A DNA stretch of 15,535 bases from Candidatus Micrarchaeota archaeon (GTDB lineage: Archaea; B1Sed10-29). Below, in pieces: positions 1-6,389 of the stretch. Location: assembly GCA_964579265.1 (NCBI GenBank), contig CAZOFO010000008.1, forward strand, positions 18,031 through 33,565, given 5' to 3'. The position numbers were made by a program, and so were the translations under genes. Under the pieces are notes generated by a model. It was not told the DNA's origin. It saw only the letters and a list, made by a program, of their open reading frames with translations, and ran no database searches. Every line of letters starts with the position of its first letter. Within the stretch, counting starts at the first letter, position 1.

Positions 1-2
1 AA

Positions 3-371
3 GAAAACGTAAAAGAAGAACAAAAAAGAGGAGAAGCAGCACCAGAAGCACTACAGAACATGGAAGAGATGACCAAAGAAGCGATAAAGAGAGAAAAAGA
101 AAAAAAATCCGGAGAATCAGATAAAGGAAGGGCAGAGAAAGAAAAAATACTTATTGAAGATTTTTTTGAAGAAGATGAGGATGAACAAGATGTATTTGAA
201 GAGGGTTTAGGAGAAGATAAAGAGGAAAAAGGAGTAAAAGGAGCAAAAAAAGGTCCAAGAGGAAGACGAGGACCCCCTGGGAGCACTGGTGGGGACAGTG
301 AATTAGGAAAATTTATACTGATAATAATTATTATACTGATAATTATAGGCTTGATCTCTGCTGTGATTTAA
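3..371 (+). CDS. Hypothetical tail-anchored membrane protein, 5'-truncated by the window edge
   Basis: The frame is open from position 3 (ENVKEEQKRGEAAPEALQN-M...), so ATG 60 is probably internal. Charged low-complexity body, Gly-rich linker, and a 19-aa hydrophobic C-terminus (FILIIIIILIIIGLISAVI, 312-368) directly before TAA. Confidence 0.75.
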   Translation, partial: ENVKEEQKRGEAAPEALQNMEEMTKEAIKREKEKKSGESDKGRAEKEKILIEDFFEEDEDEQDVFEEGLGEDKEEKGVKGAKKGPRGRRGPPGSTGGDSELGKFILIIIIILIIIGLISAVI

Positions 372-471
372 AATATCGAACCAAGAATAAATATTTCTGT
401 AAAAGAGCTACCCAAATATTTATTAAACTCTTAGTCTTAATTAATAAACGAGGTTTTAATTAGGTCTTTAT

Positions 472-1236
472 ATGAGTGGAAAAAAGAGAAAATCTGAAAA
501 AAAGAAAGAAAAAGAGGATATAACAAAACTACCTCTTACTCATACTGATAGACTAAAAATAAAACAAAAGAAAAGAGGAAAAAGCACTAAACCGGCTAAG
601 ACCCAAGCAAGATATGAAGAGATATTCAGCGTTACAAGACAGCTGATAAGGCAGGGAGAAATAAAGAACGAGAAACAAGCAGCCGAGGCTCTTTCTAAAG
701 TTACAGACTACTCAAAGAAATACATCAGATATGAATTACTGAGAAAAAAGGCTCCTGAAGACATAAAGAGGAAATTAAATATAGGTGTAGAGGAAAAAAA
801 GAAAGAATCAAAAGAAAAGAAATCATTTGAAGAAAAAAAACCGGAAAAGAGAGCTGAGGGAAAAGAGCCAGAGATAAGAAGACCAAAAGTAGAGGGACCA
901 GAGAAGGAGAAACCAAAGAAAAAATTATTTGAGGAAAAAGAAGACGAAGAAAGTGAGAAAAAGATATCTACTAGCGTTCAAATCGGTGAAGAAAGCTCTG
1001 ATGTCCATGAAGAATTAAGAAGAGGGGGAGATGTAAATATAGAAGTTAATATAGATGAAGAAGATGACGATAGTGGTGGAGGAGGAGATGGTGGTGATGA
1101 AGAAGAAAGTGATGAGGGTTCCTCTGGAGGAGGTGGAGGAATCGGCTTTTTAGGTTCTCCTCAAATTAAATTAGCTATTATAGTAATATTGATAGTTATA
1201 TTCCTAGGTATGATAATTGGTCTTCTTCTTAGATAA
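472..1236 (+). CDS. Hypothetical tail-anchored membrane protein with candidate N-terminal helix-turn-helix
   Basis: 254-aa ORF with purine-rich coding bias. Basic N-terminus, helical segment at aa ~47-92, acidic/Gly linker (DDDSGGGGDGGDEE), and one C-terminal TM segment (LAIIVILIVIFLGMIIGLLL, 1171-1230). Confidence 0.8.
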   Translation: MSGKKRKSEKKKEKEDITKLPLTHTDRLKIKQKKRGKSTKPAKTQARYEEIFSVTRQLIRQGEIKNEKQAAEALSKVTDYSKKYIRYELLRKKAPEDIKRKLNIGVEEKKKESKEKKSFEEKKPEKRAEGKEPEIRRPKVEGPEKEKPKKKLFEEKEDEESEKKISTSVQIGEESSDVHEELRRGGDVNIEVNIDEEDDDSGGGGDGGDEEESDEGSSGGGGGIGFLGSPQIKLAIIVILIVIFLGMIIGLLLR

Positions 1237-1250
1237 AAGGTATTCTAAAC

Positions 1251-2354
1251 TTATTCTTTATCTATCTCAAATATTCTTTTCTGTGGAGCGTTTGTCCTGA
1301 ATCCATGTCCAATAAAGATTGTTTCTTGAGCTTTGTACCCCTTTTCTCTTAATCTATCTATATAATTACTTTTTTTCCTAGCTTTTCCTTCTTTTAATTT
1401 ACTAATTCTGTGTGTATCATAATGAAGGTTTTTTATTCTGGATTCTTCCTTTATCCTGCTTAATAAAGGATCAGCCATCTCTAGTTTATCTAAAAATTCC
1501 TCATCTCCAAGATAACCTAGCCAAGTTGGTCCTATTATGTCCAATCTAGAACCACAGTTACATTCTGTTTCTATATCTTCGAATAAATTAATGTATTTCC
1601 TTTTTCCACAGTTATTACAATAACCAATATATCCTGCCTCCTTCAGTTTTCTGTTAACTCCTTTCTTACTTTCTCTTATTTCAAAGAAACACCTGTAATA
1701 ATGTTGTCTCCAATAGCATAGTATAGGGGTTACTGTAAATTGATTTACAGCACCTATTTTTTGAACCGCTAGGATAAGGTTTCTTAAGCCTGTTTCATGC
1801 TCCCAAGGATTTTCTTTACATCTTATACCGTATCTTCTAAAACAGGTTTTTGGGTAATGTCCGCTCAATGCTCCTAGATCCGTAGCAGTTACTGCTAGAA
1901 GACTTTTCTTTGGTTTAAGTGCTTTAAAAGCACTGTCTAGGAAAGGGGCTGGAGATCCAAATGGATCTATATCAATGAAATCAAAGTTTTCTTTACCTGT
2001 CATTAATCTATTGGCATCTTCATTCCTTTTTTCTACTTCTATCTCTTGATTAATACTTATATTTTTTTCTATTATTTTAACTGATTCTGGATCAGCATCA
2101 TTTGCGATTGAATTAATTCCTACTTCTTTGCTATATCTTATTGCTCTTGCTCCGGTTGCAGATAATGCGTCCAGTGCTTTCAATTCTTCTTTTTCTTTAT
2201 CTGAAAAAAATTTCTTAACTACTTCTACAGATAAGTCTCTGTCTTTCTCCATTTTAGGATTATAAAAAACAGGAGCTTCTTCTGGAGAGAGGTATTTTTC
2301 TCTATTCGGAATCTTCAGTTTAGTTTCTCCTTCTTTTATTTCCTGTAGATTCAT
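1251..2354 (-). CDS. trm1: tRNA (guanine-26-N2,N2)-dimethyltransferase Trm1
   Basis: Motifs VFYNPKM, DALSATGARAIRY (SAM binding), FDFIDIDPFGSP, VTATD, HYYR, a CxxC...CxC Zn knuckle and GPTWLG. Confidence 0.97.
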   Translation of the reverse strand: MNLQEIKEGETKLKIPNREKYLSPEEAPVFYNPKMEKDRDLSVEVVKKFFSDKEKEELKALDALSATGARAIRYSKEVGINSIANDADPESVKIIEKNISINQEIEVEKRNEDANRLMTGKENFDFIDIDPFGSPAPFLDSAFKALKPKKSLLAVTATDLGALSGHYPKTCFRRYGIRCKENPWEHETGLRNLILAVQKIGAVNQFTVTPILCYWRQHYYRCFFEIRESKKGVNRKLKEAGYIGYCNNCGKRKYINLFEDIETECNCGSRLDIIGPTWLGYLGDEEFLDKLEMADPLLSRIKEESRIKNLHYDTHRISKLKEGKARKKSNYIDRLREKGYKAQETIFIGHGFRTNAPQKRIFEIDKE

Positions 2355-2394
2355 TTTAATCTCTCTGTCTTTGTAGAAAAATGATTTGTTTCTT

Positions 2395-2655
2395 CTATTC
2401 TTCTATCTCTATCTTTGTTCCTATTGCTTGTCCGGGCAGTCCTTTTCTGAATCTTATTCTCATTGCCCCTGAGTTTCCATGTGGGCTTGTTACTTTTCCT
2501 TTGATTTCTTTACCGCCCTTTGTTTCGTACACTGCTTTTTTACCAACTTTTTCTACTGCTTCTTCTTTATCTTTTACATCTTCTGATTCCGCAATTATTT
2601 GTTTGTCGTATTTGGTGTTTATTCCTCTTCTAAAGCTTTTTACGTATGCTTCCAT
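2395..2655 (-). CDS. rpl35ae: 50S ribosomal protein L35Ae (eL33)
   Basis: 86 aa with SFRRG and GKVTSPHGNSGAMRIRFRKGLPGQAIG signatures. GTGAT RBS-like sequence just upstream. Confidence 0.96.
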   Translation of the reverse strand: MEAYVKSFRRGINTKYDKQIIAESEDVKDKEEAVEKVGKKAVYETKGGKEIKGKVTSPHGNSGAMRIRFRKGLPGQAIGTKIEIEE

Positions 2656-2727
2656 TTTTGATCACGTTTTTGTTGTTTTTCTTTTGGTCTTTTTATTATT
2701 TATTTTTATCCTATTGTTCTAATATTT

Positions 2728-2743
2728 GTTTAAGGGTTTTTTC
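2728..2743 (-). promoter_or_regulatory. Candidate BRE/TATA promoter of the rpl35ae-trm1 unit
   Basis: Minus strand reads GAAAAAACCCTTAAAC, a purine BRE-like run followed by CTTAAA, ~75 nt upstream of the start. Confidence 0.4.
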
Positions 2744-2876
2744 AGATTTTTCTTAGAACTGTATTAACTCTGATTCTTTTTTATATGTTTTATTATTTTG
2801 TTTCCTGGAATTAAAAAGAAAAGGTTTTACTACTCCATATTAATAAAATTTGTAAGTTATTAATTTGTGATTTATC

Positions 2877-3551
2877 ATGAAGATTCTAGGGATAGATGAA
2901 GCTGGAAGAGGACCAGTGATTGGAGCGATGTTCATAGCTGGAGTAGTTATAGATGAGGAAGGAGCTCGAGAATTGTTCGAGGAAGGAGCTAGAGATTCAA
3001 AAAAACTTTCAAAAGATAAAAGAGAAGAATTATATCCTATGATAAAGAAAAAGGCTGATTGGGTTGGTTCAATAGAGATAAAAGCTTCAGAGATAGATTT
3101 TGAGAGACAGAGGATGAGTCTAAATGAACTCGAAGCTCAAAAAATATGTGAAATCGTAAAAAAAGCTATTGAAAAGAATCTGGATTTTGAAAGAATAATA
3201 ATAGATCTTCCTGATCCCAATGCAGATAAATTCTTGAACAGAATGAATAAATACTTAAAGATGCCGGAAAAGGTGGAAGTAAGAGCGGAGCACGGTGCTG
3301 ACGACAGATACCCTGTTTGTTCAGCTGCTTCTATAATAGCTAAAGTTGAAAGAGATAGACACGTTGAGAAGATAAGCGAAGAACACGGACTTAATATTAA
3401 GACAGGCTATCCGCATGAGGAAGAGGTTCAAGAATACTTGAAAGAAATTTCAAAAGAAGAAGGTGAGTACCCTGACTTCGTTAGAACTAGTTGGAGAACT
3501 GCTGAGAGAGCTAAGGAAAAAGAAGAACAAAGTAAAATAGACGAATATTAA
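2877..3551 (+). CDS. rnhB: Ribonuclease HII, archaeal type with C-terminal PIP-box-like tail
   Basis: GIDEAGRGPVIG, DSKKL, LNELE, IIID, EHGAD..YPVCSAASIIAKVERD, GYP and RTSW motifs. C-terminal QSKIDEY (3528-3548) fits a Qxx-hydrophobic-xx-aromatic PCNA-interacting motif. Confidence 0.97.
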   Translation: MKILGIDEAGRGPVIGAMFIAGVVIDEEGARELFEEGARDSKKLSKDKREELYPMIKKKADWVGSIEIKASEIDFERQRMSLNELEAQKICEIVKKAIEKNLDFERIIIDLPDPNADKFLNRMNKYLKMPEKVEVRAEHGADDRYPVCSAASIIAKVERDRHVEKISEEHGLNIKTGYPHEEEVQEYLKEISKEEGEYPDFVRTSWRTAERAKEKEEQSKIDEY

Positions 3552-3558
3552 AGATTAC

Positions 3559-3595
3559 AAGGAATGTTACGGAATATTCCTTTTTTCTTTTTTTT
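3559..3595 (+). terminator. Hairpin plus U-tract terminator after rnhB
   Basis: AAGGAATGTT-ACGG-AATATTCCTT forms a 10-bp stem with one G-U pair and runs into a long T tract (3581-3595). Confidence 0.65.
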
Positions 3596-3611
3596 ATTAG
3601 GAATCTCTATT

Positions 3612-3625
3612 GAAAAGCTTAAGAT
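3612..3625 (+). promoter_or_regulatory. Candidate BRE/TATA for the micro-ORF at 3717
   Basis: GAAAAG-CTTAAGAT just downstream of the rnhB terminator. Confidence 0.35.
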
Positions 3626-3716
3626 TTAACAAAATAATTAATAAATCTGGTTCTGTCCATTGGCTTTTTATTACTGGCTTTTCCTAAACCCTTTTCGTTA
3701 AATTGGGGTGAAATCT

Positions 3717-3836
3717 ATGTTGAGCAGAGATGTGGTGAAGATGAGTAAAAAGATAGATAAAAAAGAGAAAAAGGATGGGAATGATGAAGAGAGTGATAAA
3801 AATAAGAAGAAAGACAAAGGACCTTTCTATTTTTAA
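3717..3836 (+). CDS. Small hypothetical protein, 39 aa (MLSRDVVKMSKKIDKKEKKDGNDEESDKNKKKDKGPFYF); alternative start 3741
   Basis: Not in the ORF track. GGGGTGA RBS at 3705-3711 lies 5 nt before the ATG. A second GGTGA precedes in-frame ATG 3741. Purine-rich coding-like composition, with T tracts right after TAA. Confidence 0.55.
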   Translation: MLSRDVVKMSKKIDKKEKKDGNDEESDKNKKKDKGPFYF

Positions 3837-3875
3837 TTTTTCCCTATTTTTTACCTTTAAAATCGAAATAAACGT

Positions 3876-4214
3876 TTAGAATTCTTCTTCTATCATCTTG
3901 TCTATAGTTCCCTCTACATCAGGTTCTTCTATACCTTGGTATACTTCTCTATATATTCTTACCGGTGTATTTGCCTCTAGCTGAGCTAATCCGTTGTAAA
4001 ATCCTGTTTTTACTGCTTCTTCCTCCTCGTCTTCGAATCCTATGAACATCACTAATACGTCTACTTTTTCAGCCATCTTTCTAGCTTCTCCTATTGCTCC
4101 TATAGGGTCTTTGGTTCTAGCTGTTTTTACCTCAAGTGTTGCTATCTCTTCTTCTAATTTTTCCTTCGCTTTCTCGATTACTTCCTCTCCGGATTGAATT
4201 ATACCTATTTTCAT
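3876..4214 (-). CDS. Hypothetical protein, degenerate archaeal riboflavin synthase/lumazine synthase fold (112 aa)
   Basis: Start moved to ATG 4214 (GTGAT upstream). The pattern MKIGII...ARKM..VDVLVM...GLAQLEANT..RI parallels the archaeal RibC/lumazine-synthase beta-alpha order, but the DTTFAR motif and C-terminal arm are absent. Confidence 0.55.
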   Translation of the reverse strand: MKIGIIQSGEEVIEKAKEKLEEEIATLEVKTARTKDPIGAIGEARKMAEKVDVLVMFIGFEDEEEEAVKTGFYNGLAQLEANTPVRIYREVYQGIEEPDVEGTIDKMIEEEF

Positions 4215-4298
4215 TTGAATCACTAGTAATGACAAGAAATCGAATAAATAAAAAGATATGGTTTTGTTCCAAATCTAGAGTTTTAGTTGATATAATGG

Positions 4299-4312
4299 AA
4301 AAAATAAGAAAA
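4299..4312 (-). terminator. U-rich terminator of the thermosome gene
   Basis: Minus strand TTTTCTTATTTTTT begins 14 nt after the stop codon. Confidence 0.5.
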
Positions 4313-4325
4313 GTGGTTTTGGGCG

Positions 4326-6008
4326 TTACATCATTCCGCCCATTCCAGGTGGCATTCCGCCTGCTCCTGGTGCTCCGCCTGGTGCTCCGCCAGGTCCAGC
4401 TGGTGCTCCGCCGGATTCGTCTCCGCCTCCGGAGCTTGAGATTATGTCGTCTATTCTCAGTATCGTGTTCGCTGCTTCTGATCCACTGGATATTGCTTGT
4501 TCCTTGACTTTTGCAGGGTCAGTTACTTTTAGGTTCTCCATGTTCTCTACTTGTCCTTCCAACACGTTTACTCCGTATCTGTGTTCCCCTGAGCTATGTT
4601 TGGATCTTAGATTTACTAATGTGTCTATTGGATCCATTCCTGCGCTTCTTGCTAGTATGGTTGGTATTGATTCCAGTGCTTCTGCGAATCTTTCGATTGC
4701 TAGTTGTTCTCTTCCACCTATTCTGTCTGCGTAGTCTTTTAGTTTCATTGCTAGTTGTGTTTCTATTGCTCCGCCTCCAGTTACTACTTCTCCTGTTTCT
4801 ATTGCGCATGTTAGTGCTCCTATTCCGTCTACTACTGCTCTTTCTGCTTCTTCTACTACGTGTTCTGTTCCTCCTCTTACAAGGATTGTTACTGCTCTTG
4901 CTTTTGGACATCCTTCTACGAATGTCATTTCGGAGTCTCCCATTCTTCTTTCTTCTACGTTTTCTGCATTTCCTAGGTCTTCTGATGTCAGGTCATCTAT
5001 GCTTGATACTATTGATGCTCCTGTTGCTCTTGCCATCTTCTTCATGTCGCTTTTCTTTACTCTTCTTACTGCTGTTATTCCTCTTTTCGCTAGGTAGTGT
5101 TGTGCTGTGTCGTCGATTCCTTTCTGGCAGAATATAACGTCGATTCCTTTGTCTTCGATCTTGTCTACCATCTCTCTTAGCATGTTTTCTTCTTGTTCTA
5201 GGAATCCTTCTAGTTGTTCTGGGTCAGTTATTTGTATTTCTGCATCTGTTTCTGTTTCTTTTACTTCTATTGGGGAGTTTATCAGCGCTATTTTTGGGTT
5301 CTTGTGCTGGCTTGGCATGTTGCTGTGTACTCTTTCTTTATCTATTACTATTCCGTCTATTAGTTCGGAGTTTTCTAGGTTTCCTCCTTCTACTGTTTCT
5401 ATTTTTATGTTATCTTTATCTATTCTGTATTCTCCGTTTTTCTCGTCCGCTACTTGTTTCACGGCTTTTACTATGAGTTCTGCTAGTACTTCTTCTTTTC
5501 CTATTGCTGTTGCTTTTGACTTCATGCTGGTTGCGCAGACATTTTTAAGTATCTCTTCATCGTCTATTGTTACTTCCTGGCTTACTTCTCCCAGGTATTC
5601 TATTGCTTTTTCTTGAGCTATTTTGTATCCTTTTATTATTAGGCTTGGGTGGATGTCTTGATCCAGTAGTTCTTTTGCTTGGTCCAGTAGTTCTCCTGCT
5701 ATTACTACTGCTGTTGTTGTTCCATCTCCTGTTTCTGTGTCCTGTGTTTGGGATACTTCTACCAGCATCTTTCCTGCCGGGTGCTCTATATCCATTTCAT
5801 CGAGTATTGTTGCTCCGTCGTTGGTTACTACTATATCTCCTATCTCGTCCACTAGCATCTTGTCCATTCCTTTTGGTCCTAGTGTAGTTTTCACTATCTC
5901 TGATACTTGTTTTCCTGCTGCAATGTTGCTTTCTTGTGCTCCTTTTCCTTTTTGTCTTTCAGCGTCTTCAGACATTACTAAAATTGGTGTTCCTCCTATT
6001 CTTGGCAT
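4326..6008 (-). CDS. ths: Thermosome subunit (group II chaperonin)
   Basis: [41 protein letters not shown] and LRIDD motifs plus a GGM-type tail. GGAGGT RBS upstream. Confidence 0.98.
   Translation of the reverse strand: MPRIGGTPILVMSEDAERQKGKGAQESNIAAGKQVSEIVKTTLGPKGMDKMLVDEIGDIVVTNDGATILDEMDIEHPAGKMLVEVSQTQDTETGDGTTTAVVIAGELLDQAKELLDQDIHPSLIIKGYKIAQEKAIEYLGEVSQEVTIDDEEILKNVCATSMKSKATAIGKEEVLAELIVKAVKQVADEKNGEYRIDKDNIKIETVEGGNLENSELIDGIVIDKERVHSNMPSQHKNPKIALINSPIEVKETETDAEIQITDPEQLEGFLEQEENMLREMVDKIEDKGIDVIFCQKGIDDTAQHYLAKRGITAVRRVKKSDMKKMARATGASIVSSIDDLTSEDLGNAENVEERRMGDSEMTFVEGCPKARAVTILVRGGTEHVVEEAERAVVDGIGALTCAIETGEVVTGGGAIETQLAMKLKDYADRIGGREQLAIERFAEALESIPTILARSAGMDPIDTLVNLRSKHSSGEHRYGVNVLEGQVENMENLKVTDPAKVKEQAISSGSEAANTILRIDDIISSSGGGDESGGAPAGPGGAPGGAPGAGGMPPGMGGMM
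4368..4412. repeat. Three exact copies of TGGTGCTCCGCC encoding GGAP units in the chaperonin tail
   Basis: Copies at 4368-4379, 4380-4391 and 4401-4412. Confidence 0.85.
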
Positions 6009-6062
6009 ATTGTATACCTCCTTTTTTCTATTTTTTAGATATGTTATCTTTAGATTTAGTAT

Positions 6063-6080
6063 TTCTACTTAAAATTCTTT
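6063..6080 (-). promoter_or_regulatory. Proximal candidate thermosome promoter
   Basis: Minus strand AAAGAA-TTTTAAGT-AGAA, ~60 nt upstream of the ATG. Confidence 0.5.
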
Positions 6081-6102
6081 AGAGAAGTATTTCTTTTTTA
6101 CT

Positions 6103-6143
6103 CTTCTTTTTCTCTTCATCCTTCTTTTTCTTCATCCCTTCTT
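6103..6143. repeat. Imperfect tandem repeat CTTCTTTTTC(TC)TTCATC, two copies plus a partial
   Basis: Units start at 6103, 6121 and 6138 (period 17-18 nt). Confidence 0.6.
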
Positions 6144-6155
6144 AAATGTTTTTCG
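6139..6155 (-). promoter_or_regulatory. Distal candidate thermosome promoter, CGAA-N5-TTTAA-GAA
   Basis: Minus strand CGAAAAACATTTAAGAA. Confidence 0.4.
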
Positions 6156-6272
6156 TTTTACCTTAATTTCCTTACTTTTTTAAGCCAGTTTTGTAGGGAT
6201 AAATATTAATGTGTAGGAACATTACTATAATGAAGGGTTAAAGCTGTAAATCTTTTAAAATCTTACTCTGAT

Positions 6273-6343
6273 GTCGGGGTGGCAGAGAGGTTATGCACCG
6301 GCCTGCAGAGCCGAGTACAAGGGTTCAAATCCCTTCCCCGACT
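6273..6343 (+). tRNA. tRNA-Cys (anticodon GCA), intronless, CCA not encoded
   Basis: Acceptor stem GTCGGGG/CCCCGAC, D stem GCA/TGC, anticodon arm CCGGC-CTGCAGA-GCCGA (GCA at 6305-6307, G37), T arm AAGGG-TTCAAAT-CCCTT, and the U73 discriminator typical of tRNA-Cys. Confidence 0.97.
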
Positions 6344-6389
6344 TTAAACGATTCAATTAATCAATCAAGGTATCCAAGGAGGAAATAAT

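Noticed and set aside
725..916. 63-aa minus-strand ORF
   Set aside because: Antisense shadow of the K/E-rich region of ORF 472-1236.
2381..2722. 113-aa hydrophobic plus-strand ORF
   Set aside because: Antisense to rpl35ae. Its hydrophobicity comes from T-rich sequence.
3528..3548. PIP-box-like tail on RNase HII as a novelty
   Set aside because: Already established for archaeal RNase HII.
4368..4412. GC-rich 12-mer repeats as a CRISPR or mobile repeat
   Set aside because: In-frame coding repeats of the normal Gly/Pro/Met chaperonin tail, with no spacer structure.
4136..6072. Multiple long Leu/Phe/Ser-rich plus-strand ORFs opposite the thermosome, plus the alternate-frame ORF 4594-4911
   Set aside because: Shadow ORFs caused by the A-rich, T-poor sense strand of a well-supported gene. 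No recognisable motifs.
6079..6135. Minus-strand 18-aa ORF MKKKKDEEKKKSKKEILL
   Set aside because: The ATG is only a few nt from the candidate TATA box, upstream of any expected start site, and has no properly spaced RBS.
6298..6314. C27-A43 mismatch at the top of the anticodon stem, raising a pseudo-tRNA possibility
   Set aside because: A single terminal mismatch is tolerated in functional tRNAs. All other arms and the Cys identity elements (GCA, U73) are intact.
6319..6343. tRNA-Cys 3' end as an integration (att) site
   Set aside because: No duplicate of the tRNA 3' end and no integrase seen in the window. The downstream gene is cysS.
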